The notes below the pieces were generated by a model. It did no database searches. It saw nothing but the letters and a program-made list of their open reading frames with translations, and was not told where the DNA came from. From a virus, in IMG/VR virus record IMGVR_UViG_3300047564_003843, positions 32,001 to 96,000 of that record: 64,000 nucleotides of DNA. The stretch is one strand, 5' to 3'. Both the position numbers and the translations under genes were made by a program. Of this stretch, positions 26,912 to 35,921 are shown one piece after another (the stretch's first letter is position 1; each line of letters opens with the position of its first letter).

Positions 26912-27318
26912 AAGTTTTTAATATCTTTTAACTTCTCAAACAGTTCCATAATTTTAGGTGGAGTGTTTGTAAGCTTTATATTATTATTGCTGTGATTTTC
27001 TTCAAACCGCGGGAACATAATTGTTGTATGTCCTCCATCGTTTGAATATGCTCTTGGATTTCTTTTATTTCTCCAAAGCTCGTCTGTAATCTGTTCCCAC
27101 TCATTCGGGTGGTCAGTTAGCTGCCTTAAGTTCTCGTGACGAAATAGCTTTTCTAAAGCTTCTGGCATAAAGTAAAGAGTATTTTCGGTGTGAGGATAAT
27201 CTGTAAAAAAATCTACTAACTTTATATAAAAAGCTTTTAGTTCAGGGTCATCTTCAGATAAATCAAGCTCATAATTAGCATGACGCATCCACTCTTCTTT
27301 GCTGTATTCAAATGCCAT
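26908..27318 (-). CDS. hypothetical protein
   Basis: LTD...EW...WRNKR...SNDGG. Confidence 0.7.
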   Translation of the reverse strand: MAFEYSKEEWMRHANYELDLSEDDPELKAFYIKLVDFFTDYPHTENTLYFMPEALEKLFRHENLRQLTDHPNEWEQITDELWRNKRNPRAYSNDGGHTTIMFPRFEENHSNNNIKLTNTPPKIMELFEKLKDIKNF

Positions 27319-28039
27319 TTATATTCCTATTCCTAACATTATCGTTATACCATTTTCGTCCCTCGGCTACGTTTGAGACAAAAACTGGTTCCCCTAAGTC
27401 TACCGAAGCAAACCAGTCATACCACTTAGGCAAGCAGTCAATGTATGGTCCGTCTAATAAAGCAAATGGTATCCCATACGCATGCGCTGTAATTGCAACG
27501 TGCATAGCCCCCGCTAAAACAAAGCGTGCTCCTGATATTTTGTGAACCATAGCAATAGTCTCATCAATAGTTTCTACAACAGCGCTTATTACAGCATCAG
27601 CACCATATTCGTGGTGCGTAAATTTATTATAATCAGATGGATCTTTTATGTGGCGCACAACTATTGCCATAGCGTTTGGAGCAGCTTTAGTTAAAATATT
27701 TGGCAGTATGTAAGCAGGATCTTTACTTACTTCTACATCAACTCCATGTTTTTCTAACTCCATTTGAGTGTATGGACCGCGAGCGCCGATAAATTCACAT
27801 GCACCTACAAGTTGAGGATCTAAACCTTCTCCACGCCACCCACAAGAAATAAATATTGGTTTGTAACCTTGTCTTAAAGTTTCATCTATTATTTCATTAC
27901 ATATAACACTTCCAAGAGGAAAGTACATATTTTCGGTGTCGTTGTACCAAGCGTTATACACAGATGGCGGAGTAATTAACTCAGCCAGAGCATCGCCATA
28001 GTTCCTGACGACCCCATCCATCTTCCACTCATAAATCAC
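27308..28039 (-). CDS. polysaccharide pyruvyl transferase-like protein
   Basis: NYGD, GS, ARGPYT, DPA, AMHVAITAHAYGIP. Confidence 0.75.
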   Translation of the reverse strand: MIYEWKMDGVVRNYGDALAELITPPSVYNAWYNDTENMYFPLGSVICNEIIDETLRQGYKPIFISCGWRGEGLDPQLVGACEFIGARGPYTQMELEKHGVDVEVSKDPAYILPNILTKAAPNAMAIVVRHIKDPSDYNKFTHHEYGADAVISAVVETIDETIAMVHKISGARFVLAGAMHVAITAHAYGIPFALLDGPYIDCLPKWYDWFASVDLGEPVFVSNVAEGRKWYNDNVRNRNINGI

Positions 28040-28141
28040 CTCTCAACCTTACCTTCCCCCTCCCCTCTTTATTTCTCAACGCGCCGCTGCTTTTAACGGA
28101 AAGAGAGCCCGGAAAATTGAAATTTGTATTATGATAAACAC

Positions 28142-28885
28142 ATGGCACGCAAAGACGAAGTTACGGTTTATTGGTCTCCTTACTACCCTGTCAGGGCAGA
28201 GGAGCGCTATGACTGGAACATGATGTATCAGGACCCAAAATCCTTAACAGATTCTTTAAAGCCTGAAAGAGTAGTTGATGGTGACCCCAACAACAGTATC
28301 TTTTTTTGCCCTGCTTATAAAAATATGTTTTCTAATACATTTGTCTTTTCAAATCTTGTAGATAGTAAATATGAATTTAATCCAGAGACTAAACAGTTTG
28401 TTGCTGTTCAAGACCATCAATATGTATTATCTCGTTCGATGGAACCTTTTATGCAGGATAGAAGGGTAATTTGGATTCCTCTTGGTTGGACTTTCTTTTG
28501 CGAAGAGGATGTAGAAATGGAGCTTATGCCACCAATTCTTCACGACACTATTCATAGACACTATGGAAGTATCACCCCAGGACGATTTAACATCTCTAAG
28601 TGGTACAGACCTTGCATAACAGAGTTTATTCTTTGGAAAGGTCAAAACAGATTCCATCTTGCTGAAGAACCAGTAATGTACGCAAGATTTCATACAGACA
28701 AGAAAGTTGTCCTTAAACGTTTTGAAATGACAGCTGACCTACAAAAATTAGCTGAAAGCATTGCTGACACAAAAAACAACCTTGGCAGGTTCAAGTCCCT
28801 AGCTTACAGATACGATACTTTTGTTAAATCTCGAACCAAAGAGATTGTTCTTCGTAAAATAAAAGAGGCTGTTATAGATGAGTAA
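28142..28885 (+). CDS. conserved phage protein, paralog of the next gene
   Basis: VYW.P, CPA, PGRFNISKWYRP; TATGAT-6nt-ATG start. Confidence 0.75.
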   Translation: MARKDEVTVYWSPYYPVRAEERYDWNMMYQDPKSLTDSLKPERVVDGDPNNSIFFCPAYKNMFSNTFVFSNLVDSKYEFNPETKQFVAVQDHQYVLSRSMEPFMQDRRVIWIPLGWTFFCEEDVEMELMPPILHDTIHRHYGSITPGRFNISKWYRPCITEFILWKGQNRFHLAEEPVMYARFHTDKKVVLKRFEMTADLQKLAESIADTKNNLGRFKSLAYRYDTFVKSRTKEIVLRKIKEAVIDE

Positions 28886-29618
28886 AGACGAGATTGTTGT
28901 TTATTGGGGACCTTGTTACGAAGTTGGTCCAGACCACATTATTGATTGGAACATGTTCTATGCCGACCCTACAGAGCTTCTTCCTGATTTAAAAAAGATG
29001 AAAGATAAGACAGCAGGAAATCAAAGCATACTTTACTGCCCTGCTTTCACCGAAAACTATAAAAATACTTTTGTATTCAGCAGCGTTGTAGACAGCAGGT
29101 TTTCATACAACCATCAACAAAATTGCTGGGAAATACCTAATAAGTATCAAATACACCCTGCTACAACCATGCGAACCAGTTACATGGAAAATCGCAAACC
29201 TTTAGTTCTTTCTATGATTTGGCTTTTTGTTTCTGAAGAGCCATTAGAGATGGAGATTATTTCTCCATACCTTCATCAAACAGAGTCTTCCAAGTACGGG
29301 GTTATTGCCACTGGAAGGTTTGATATTGGACGTTGGTATAGACCTATCCATGCCGACTATCTGTTGTGGAGCGGTCTTGACAACTTTGCAATTAAAGAAG
29401 GAGACCCCTTTTTCTATGTAAGATTTAATACTGATAAAAAGGTTGTTTTAAAAAGATACGTTAATACCCCTGAAATCTACAAGCAGACTGTTTCTAATGT
29501 TGAAACTAAATTTCTTTTTGGTAAGACACCCCCTCTTGCAAAGCTATACAACTACTTTTCAAAAACTAGAACCAAAGACATAATGCTTAAAAAGATAAAA
29601 GATGCGGTGATTGAGTAA
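28878..29618 (+). CDS. conserved phage protein, paralog of the previous gene
   Basis: VYWGP, CPAF, GRFDIGRWYRP, shared TDKKVVLKR. Confidence 0.75.
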   Translation: MSKDEIVVYWGPCYEVGPDHIIDWNMFYADPTELLPDLKKMKDKTAGNQSILYCPAFTENYKNTFVFSSVVDSRFSYNHQQNCWEIPNKYQIHPATTMRTSYMENRKPLVLSMIWLFVSEEPLEMEIISPYLHQTESSKYGVIATGRFDIGRWYRPIHADYLLWSGLDNFAIKEGDPFFYVRFNTDKKVVLKRYVNTPEIYKQTVSNVETKFLFGKTPPLAKLYNYFSKTRTKDIMLKKIKDAVIE

Positions 29619-30070
29619 TGGAATCTTCGGCACTGGTTGAGCTTGAGCGTATGTTTAAGCAGAACAAGGTTGGCTTTACAGCCTCTTGTTTTGACCTTCT
29701 ACACGCAGGACACATTCTTATGCTTGAAGAAGCAAAATCAGTTTGTGACCACCTTATAGTGGCACTTCAAGCAGACCCAAGCATTGACAGACCTCAGAAA
29801 AGAAAACCCATTCAATCTTTAATTGAGCGTCAAATCCAACTTAAAGCAGTTAAGTATGTAGATGAAATTGTTGTTTATGAGACAGAAGATGACCTACTCA
29901 ATCTACTCAAGACCTTGCCTATAGATGTTCGAATTATTGGTGAAGACTACATAGGTAAAGATTTCACAGGTAGGGACTACTGCATAACTCACAACATAGA
30001 TATTTACTACAATAGTCGCAGACACACCTACTCCTCTACAGAGTTGATAGAGCGCATCCGAAAGGTATAA
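29618..30070 (+). CDS. TagD-like cytidylyltransferase
   Basis: FDLLHAGH (HxGH), ER, VKYVDE, SST. Confidence 0.85.
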   Translation: MESSALVELERMFKQNKVGFTASCFDLLHAGHILMLEEAKSVCDHLIVALQADPSIDRPQKRKPIQSLIERQIQLKAVKYVDEIVVYETEDDLLNLLKTLPIDVRIIGEDYIGKDFTGRDYCITHNIDIYYNSRRHTYSSTELIERIRKV

Positions 30071-30090
30071 GGGAACGGGAGCCCGGAGAA

Positions 30091-30309
30091 ATGAACTATA
30101 GAGATATTCAAGCTGGCTCCATCTTTCAAGCATGGGGAAGTTTTAGTAGCCCAACTCTTTCAGAACCAGTAACTCTTTCTATAACTACAAAGTGTCCAGA
30201 GAAGTGGCTACTTATTGATAGAGAAACTGGTCAGGTTTATCAAGGTTCCGATGAAGTAAATCCTCATATGCCTTCACAGATGCTTTGGAAACCTATAGAA
30301 TCTAATTAA
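30091..30309 (+). CDS. hypothetical protein
   Basis: TKCPEKWLLIDRETGQVY. Confidence 0.65.
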   Translation: MNYRDIQAGSIFQAWGSFSSPTLSEPVTLSITTKCPEKWLLIDRETGQVYQGSDEVNPHMPSQMLWKPIESN

Positions 30310-30352
30310 CAGTAGAAAGTCTTCTGTTATTGCAGTACATATAGGAGCCACA

Positions 30353-30742
30353 ATGTTGGCTAAGACAAATTCAGGTAGTGACAAACAAGTAATACAACCA
30401 AAACAGTGGACATTAGTTTATTTTGGTGAAAAGAAACAAACATCTTTTATATCTCATGGTGCAGGTAAACTTCTTTTTAATGTCATCCTTCGTGTTGAAT
30501 ATCCCGAGATAGGGTGCCCAAGAACTCTTCGAGGACGATTTGTCAGATGGCCTAATACATCAAAAGCAGATGAAACGGGTCATAACGATGTTAATCCAAT
30601 TGCTGGACTAACAAGACATCACCACTGGGACCACTTCTTAGAGAACAGAGCTAAAATGCCAGTAGGTTTTATAGTCTGGCATGATGGAGAAAGCCCTATT
30701 GTTCTTGATGGAAGACAGATTAAAAGCTTTTTAAGTAACTAG
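30353..30742 (+). CDS. hypothetical protein
   Basis: 129 aa ORF with AGGAG SD. Confidence 0.7.
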   Translation: MLAKTNSGSDKQVIQPKQWTLVYFGEKKQTSFISHGAGKLLFNVILRVEYPEIGCPRTLRGRFVRWPNTSKADETGHNDVNPIAGLTRHHHWDHFLENRAKMPVGFIVWHDGESPIVLDGRQIKSFLSN

Positions 30743-31464
30743 TTATATTCTTTTCTAGTCCAAAACTTATCTTTGTATGCATTGTAAAAACTCATTTTTA
30801 GTTTTCTTATGCTTCTTTGAATAGTTATCATGTCTGATCTCTCTCCATACTTCATTTCATAAGATTCTCTTTTAAATGGAATAACTTGAGCCATTGGATA
30901 CCCTGCAGGGATTATCCCCTCCCACTCGGGGTCAATTAAAAATGGAAAGTTAATTGGATGAGCGTAAGTATCAGTGTCAACGATAGCTGGGATACATTGA
31001 AGTATTTGGTCTTTTGCATCTCTATTCATTGGAGGAACAAATAAACATGAGTAACCTTTTGGAGTTATTACTGTCCAAGGTGAGTGAAATTTTGGAATTG
31101 CATTGTCAGGATGTTTTTGCACATGAGGATGAGTAGACATTTGTAATGGTGGATGAAACCCTAAAACATCGTAATCAGGCCATTGAAAAAGTTGCTGACC
31201 ATCTTTTTTTGTCACCTTCACATCTGTGGTTAAAGGGATTATGTAACCTGCTGTCATAGCATCCAGCATTGGCATGCACTTTTTTCCTGTCGCGGTGCCC
31301 GTGTTCAACCCGATGTCACTCCAGTAGACAGTCCCCTGCTCTCCATCTATGTATGAAGGCAGTTTTTTATACCAGTCTGGAACAGCTTTTTTGGCGGGGT
31401 AAGGTCGAGTCTCCTCTGGGAGGTCTCCCATAAGGTCCACAAAAGTAATTGGTACTGAAGTCAT
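30739..31464 (-). CDS. conserved phage protein, DUF6065-like; paralog of 18847-19551
   Basis: PDWYK, CMPMLDAM..GY, TPKGYS, GYPMAQVIPFKR. Confidence 0.75.
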   Translation of the reverse strand: MTSVPITFVDLMGDLPEETRPYPAKKAVPDWYKKLPSYIDGEQGTVYWSDIGLNTGTATGKKCMPMLDAMTAGYIIPLTTDVKVTKKDGQQLFQWPDYDVLGFHPPLQMSTHPHVQKHPDNAIPKFHSPWTVITPKGYSCLFVPPMNRDAKDQILQCIPAIVDTDTYAHPINFPFLIDPEWEGIIPAGYPMAQVIPFKRESYEMKYGERSDMITIQRSIRKLKMSFYNAYKDKFWTRKEYN

Positions 31465-31645
31465 ATATCTAAAACTACACCTTTTTCCTCAAAAGACAAC
31501 ACACAACTTACCTATAATTATCAAGATACATAGATTTCCTTACCCGACATGCTAAGGAAAAAGGCGGCTGGACCCATAATCAACGGTCCAGTCGCCTTCT
31601 TTATTTTGAGCGATAATAGACCTTGGACAAGGTATTGGAGAAACA

Positions 31646-31876
31646 ATGAGAAAACTAGGGCTCCTAAGCGTATTGGCGCTAGGTCTTCTTTTAACAGGAT
31701 GTGGGTATCAGGGTAATTATCGATATCCATGCCAAGAACCACACAATTGGGAAACAGCTGAATGCAAGCCTCCTGTTTGCACTGTTGCTGGCACTTGTCC
31801 AGTAGACTTGGTAGGCGAGGATGTCTTTAACGGCGAGACAACAACAACAGATAGTGGAGCGACACCAAATGGCTAG
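31646..31876 (+). CDS. small lipoprotein
   Basis: Signal peptide with lipobox LTGC; RYPCQ..NW...EC..C..C. Confidence 0.75.
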   Translation: MRKLGLLSVLALGLLLTGCGYQGNYRYPCQEPHNWETAECKPPVCTVAGTCPVDLVGEDVFNGETTTTDSGATPNG

Positions 31877-32279
31877 ATATAGATATTCTCAAGCAGAGCT
31901 TGACTCTCGCTTGAAGTTTACCCTTGGAATTATTCTTGGGGTTATTTTGCTGTGCACAGCAATTGGTATTTTGTATGGATTGCTTTTTGTAACACAGCCA
32001 GTAAATGCTCAGTCAGAAAATGACAAGATGTTCTTTAACGTCTTAGGAAGCATTGCAACATTTATTACTGGAACACTCGCTGGCATCCTCATTGGTAATT
32101 CTGGTGCTAAAGACATTATGTCAGCACAGCTTGCTAATAAAGAAATGGATGCAAAGAACACACAAGCCGACAAGAAGCTTGAAGCAGAGATTGATGCAAC
32201 TGCAGCACGTCTAGCAGCAAAGCCAGATGGCGCAATGCCAGAAGAACAACCAGTTGATACAGATTGGGACAAGGACTAA
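31869..32279 (+). CDS. two-TM membrane protein (holin/lysis-module candidate)
   Basis: Two hydrophobic helices; between lipoprotein and CHAP hydrolase. Confidence 0.65.
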   Translation: MARYRYSQAELDSRLKFTLGIILGVILLCTAIGILYGLLFVTQPVNAQSENDKMFFNVLGSIATFITGTLAGILIGNSGAKDIMSAQLANKEMDAKNTQADKKLEAEIDATAARLAAKPDGAMPEEQPVDTDWDKD

Positions 32280-32281
32280 AA

Positions 32282-32857
32282 ATGGCAGAGCAAGGCACAG
32301 CGGCTCGTTTAATCGAAGTTGCTACAGCAGAGATTGGTGTTATCGAAGGTCCTAAAGATAACGAAACAAAGTACGGTGCTTACACTAAAGCTAACTTCCA
32401 ACCCTGGTGCGGAAGTTTCGTTAACTGGTGCGGGAACGAAGCCGGGGTAAAAATCCCTAACACTGTTTACACTCCAGCTGGAGCGCAAGCATTTAAGAAA
32501 GCTGGCTCTTGGATTGATGGAGACATTGCAGATCCAGAACCAGGCGATATCGTGTATTTTGATTTCCCGGCAGATGGCGTTGATCGAATCTCACATGTTG
32601 GAATTGTTGTAAAAGACAATGAAGATGGAACTGTCTGGTGTATTGAAGGAAACACTTCTTCAAAGAAAAAGGGAAGCCAACGAAATGGCGGAGAAGTGTG
32701 CAAGCAACTCCGTGCTTTTAAGAAGAACAAGGCTGGAGTAATGATTTCTATTGTTGGCTTTGGTCGTCCTAAGTTCAAGGGTGCAGGAGCAGCTAAACCA
32801 AAAGCTGCAGCAACCGAGACAAAAGTCTGTCCAACTTGCAATCAAGCAATTAAGTAG
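32282..32857 (+). CDS. CHAP-domain peptidoglycan hydrolase
   Basis: PWCGSFVNW, PGDIVYF, SHVGIV, IEGNT. Confidence 0.9.
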   Translation: MAEQGTAARLIEVATAEIGVIEGPKDNETKYGAYTKANFQPWCGSFVNWCGNEAGVKIPNTVYTPAGAQAFKKAGSWIDGDIADPEPGDIVYFDFPADGVDRISHVGIVVKDNEDGTVWCIEGNTSSKKKGSQRNGGEVCKQLRAFKKNKAGVMISIVGFGRPKFKGAGAAKPKAAATETKVCPTCNQAIK

Positions 32858-32863
32858 TTCAAG

Positions 32864-33274
32864 TTGTATATCTACCGAGTTAAAAAAGTACACAAGGTAG
32901 TCGATGGGGACACTATCGATGTCGACATTGATTTAGGGTTTAACGTGTCTTTTTACCAACGAGTCCGCCTTGCTGGTATAGACACACCTGAGTCTAGGAC
33001 TACTGACAAGTATGAAAAAGAACTTGGTCTTGAAGTTAAAAAGAAACTTGCAGCTTTGCTTGCTAGTGCTGGAGATATTGTCATTAAAACCGAGAAACCA
33101 GACAGCACAGAGAAGTATGGTCGTATTCTTGGGTGGCTATATCTTGATGGTGCAGAGGTTTCTGTCAACGAAGCTTTGATTGCTGGTGGGTACGCTTGGT
33201 CTTATATGGGTGACACCAAAGTTAAGGACTTTGATGCTTTGTTGGCAAAACGTAAACTAAGAAAGGAAATCTAA
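32864..33274 (+). CDS. thermonuclease (SNase-like)
   Basis: VVDGDT, RLAGIDTPE, KYGRILG. Confidence 0.9.
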   Translation: MYIYRVKKVHKVVDGDTIDVDIDLGFNVSFYQRVRLAGIDTPESRTTDKYEKELGLEVKKKLAALLASAGDIVIKTEKPDSTEKYGRILGWLYLDGAEVSVNEALIAGGYAWSYMGDTKVKDFDALLAKRKLRKEI

Positions 33275-33462
33275 TGGAAGCAATACTTGTATATCTTGGT
33301 CTTGCTCTTGCTATCTCTTTAATTACTATTTCAGACGATAAAAAAACAAAGAAGATTAAAGAAGGATATAACCCAAACGCAGTAGACCGCGACGGCGATG
33401 GGATTATCCAAGAAGGAACTAAGTTTGAACGTAAGGCTAAGAAGCCAAAGAAAAAAGCTTAG
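33274..33462 (+). CDS. small membrane-anchored protein
   Basis: N-terminal TM; DRDGDGIIQEGT EF-hand-like loop. Confidence 0.65.
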   Translation: MEAILVYLGLALAISLITISDDKKTKKIKEGYNPNAVDRDGDGIIQEGTKFERKAKKPKKKA

Positions 33463-33767
33463 TCGTGTTTTAGGTTGCTTGGCACTTTAGCCAACTTACC
33501 TACAAAACCTTCTGGTGCATCTTCAAAGCCAACTTTTTCATCTAAGTAGCCTTTAATTGCTCGTGGCACGATAAAGGTTAAAATCTCTCTTGCTTCACAT
33601 GTGTGACATCCACAAAAGATTAAACCACTCTCAGTTTCTATGTCGGCTGCAGGAGTACCCTCTTCAGCATCCACAGAGTCATACAAAGCCATCATGTACA
33701 TCTCTAGGCCCTGTTGTAGGTCGGTAGCCCAACCTTCATCCTTAATCACAAACTCTTTAATCTCCAT
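33459..33767 (-). CDS. hypothetical protein
   Basis: FCGCHTC..RE; TAGGAT-6nt-ATG. Confidence 0.75.
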   Translation of the reverse strand: MEIKEFVIKDEGWATDLQQGLEMYMMALYDSVDAEEGTPAADIETESGLIFCGCHTCEAREILTFIVPRAIKGYLDEKVGFEDAPEGFVGKLAKVPSNLKHD

Positions 33768-33843
33768 CCCCCCATCCTACGCTGCTTTGGAGAAAAAGGG
33801 AATGGGAGCCCGGAAAATTGCATTTTTATGCTAGTCTCTTTCT

Positions 33844-33984
33844 ATGACTAAAAAGACGACAAGACCCACAGAAAAACGCAACTTCACATGCCCCGTCTGT
33901 AAAGAGGTGCATGAAGCCAAAACCCGTTTTGTATACCAATCTTTGGTAAGGCACCTCGAAGATAAACACGAAAGTAGGAAGTGA
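33844..33984 (+). CDS. C2H2-type zinc-finger mini-protein (not in ORF track)
   Basis: ...FTCPVCKEVHEAKTRFVYQSLVRHLEDKH; TAGTCT-6nt-ATG. Confidence 0.65.
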   Translation: MTKKTTRPTEKRNFTCPVCKEVHEAKTRFVYQSLVRHLEDKHESRK

Positions 33985-34121
33985 TGCTTCTTTTTCTCAA
34001 ACAACTTTTTTGTAAGCACCTCATCACCACTCAATCTTCCTGCCCTTTTACTGGTAAGGACTACGACATCTGCATCAATTGCACAAAGGTCTCTGAACGG
34101 AGCGGGAGCCCGGAAAATTGA
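33984..34121 (+). CDS. small Cys-rich protein (not in ORF track)
   Basis: MLLFLKQLFCKH...CPFTG...CINC; TGATG coupling. Confidence 0.6.
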   Translation: MLLFLKQLFCKHLITTQSSCPFTGKDYDICINCTKVSERSGSPEN

Positions 34122-34906
34122 TTTCTGAGCCGTATAAGGATATTTCACAAGAGGTTGTTGATATCTTAGAAGTCCTTATTGCCCAAGAAGATTCTTATCA
34201 CCAAAACCACAAGCGGCGTATGGCTCGCACTCTTGACTTACTTCTACAAGAAAAGCCAAAGGGCAAGCTCTTAGAGCTAGGAACTTCAAAAGTTATTCCG
34301 TTGTCGCTTCAGCAGCTAGCTCCAGATCTTGAAGTCCATGTCACTGACTTTCAGAAACACCTACCCACAGTCGGCACGTCAACTGTCTCAATTAAAGATA
34401 AGACGCTGGAAGCCACCACTTACAGGATTGATTTAGAGACAGAACCCATTCCTGTTGAAGACGAGACTTTTGATGTAGTTATTTGTTGCGAAGTCATTGA
34501 GCACATGGAATTAGACCCAATGTTCATGCTGGCTGAGGTCAACAGAGTCCTCAAACCACAAGGAACTCTTATTCTCACCACACCCAACATCACCAGTTCA
34601 AGGGCTCTGTATAAGATGCTCAGGGGCACAGAGCCATACTTCTACATGCAGTATCGCCACAAGCCAGCCCTATATCGCCATAACTACGAGTACAGCGAAA
34701 GCTCAATACGCCAAGTCACGAAGGCAGCAGGATTCTCTGGGAAGGTGTGGACAGAAGACTCTTTTGAAGATGGGGTAATGGAGGATGTCACCCGCCTCAG
34801 AGGACTTGGCTATCCACTCAACTCGATTGGCGACAACATCTTTGCTATCCTCACCAAAACTCGGGGGGTTGTAAATCGCTTCCCTTCGGTCATATACTCG
34901 GACTAA
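34118..34906 (+). CDS. class I SAM-dependent methyltransferase
   Basis: LLELG, FDVVICCEVIEH, RVLKPQG, TTPN. Confidence 0.85.
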   Translation: MISEPYKDISQEVVDILEVLIAQEDSYHQNHKRRMARTLDLLLQEKPKGKLLELGTSKVIPLSLQQLAPDLEVHVTDFQKHLPTVGTSTVSIKDKTLEATTYRIDLETEPIPVEDETFDVVICCEVIEHMELDPMFMLAEVNRVLKPQGTLILTTPNITSSRALYKMLRGTEPYFYMQYRHKPALYRHNYEYSESSIRQVTKAAGFSGKVWTEDSFEDGVMEDVTRLRGLGYPLNSIGDNIFAILTKTRGVVNRFPSVIYSD

Positions 34907-34929
34907 TAACGGAACGGGAGCCCGGAAAA

Positions 34930-35100
34930 ATGGCAACTTGCGTTAAAAAAGGATTTGCCAACCGAGAGTTGGCTAGTAGGTTCGTCCAGATGAAAAACTA
35001 CTCGGAAGTCAAAAAAGGGCGTCCAGAGAGCTATTTCTTACACGGATGCGATAAATGCAACGCTTGGCACGTCCTAAAAGGACGAGTTCGTACGGCCTGA
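34930..35100 (+). CDS. small zinc-binding protein (not in ORF track)
   Basis: MATCVKKGF...CDKCNAWHV. Confidence 0.6.
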   Translation: MATCVKKGFANRELASRFVQMKNYSEVKKGRPESYFLHGCDKCNAWHVLKGRVRTA

Positions 35101-35174
35101 ACTTTATCATACCTTTTAGAAACACCTGTTTTAGGTGTTGCAATTTAGAATTAAGTTACTATATGATATCAGCG

Positions 35175-35665
35175 TGGTAGAACCTTACGAGAAGAGCACG
35201 GGCTTTTATTCAAGCTCAACAGCGATGTCATCCCTTGATGACACTTGGTCTACGCCAAGAAACTACTACGCCAAGGTGGATGCAGAATTCAATTTTGCTT
35301 TGGATGCAGCAGCCCTGCAGTCCTCTACTTTGGTAGTAGATAACTGGTATGGACCAGACCACTTAGAGACGGATAGACGAGACGCTTTTCAACGCGATTG
35401 GACTGTCGATGCTCAAGGTGGCGCTATTTGGCTAAATCCTCCCTATGGCAAGACGATTAAGGACTGGATGAGAAAAGCAGATGCTGAATCTCAAAAGGGA
35501 GCCACGGTTGTGTGCCTAGTGCCAGCACGAACTGACACTGCTTGGTTTCACGACTACGCAATACACCACGAAGTTCGTTTTATTCGTGGACGGCTGAAGT
35601 TTGGTAACTCGACCAATTCAGCTCCCTTCCCCAGCGCCCTTGTGGTTATGAGACCTCAAGGCTAA
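35175..35665 (+). CDS. phage DNA N6-adenine methyltransferase (Dam-like family)
   Basis: WSTP, LDAA, WLNPPYG, PARTDT.WF, RGRLKF; start uncertain (5' coordinate approximate). Confidence 0.85.
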
Positions 35666-35679
35666 TAGAAAGGTAAGTT

Positions 35680-35913
35680 ATGGATATCAATTGGAAAGCC
35701 CCGTTTGAACTTGCGTTTGAACTTGGACTGTTTTTAGTTGGTTCGTTGATAGTAGTAATAATCGTTGGATTTTGTCTTTTGTTGCTATACGCAATTGTTA
35801 AGACTTTTTTCCAAGCTCTTGCTAGAGCCAAGGCAAACGTGGAATCTGGTAAACACTCCAAGCCTAAGAAAAAAGAAGAACCAAAGTCAAACCATCTGAA
35901 GCCAGTGCAGTAG
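35680..35913 (+). CDS. single-TM membrane protein
   Basis: 77 aa ORF with long hydrophobic segment. Confidence 0.7.
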   Translation: MDINWKAPFELAFELGLFLVGSLIVVIIVGFCLLLLYAIVKTFFQALARAKANVESGKHSKPKKKEEPKSNHLKPVQ

Positions 35914-35921
35914 GTGATGCA

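Larger units (their letters stand above)
28095..34932 (+). repeat. five dispersed copies of an approximately 23-bp motif GGAACGGGAGCCCGGAAAATTG
   Basis: Copies at about 28095, 30071, 33798, 34096, 34908; all plus strand at gene junctions. Confidence 0.85.

Noticed and set aside
33831-34148. Minus-strand 105-aa ORF from the track
   Set aside because: Two coupled plus-strand Cys/His mini-genes with a leaderless promoter explain this region better.
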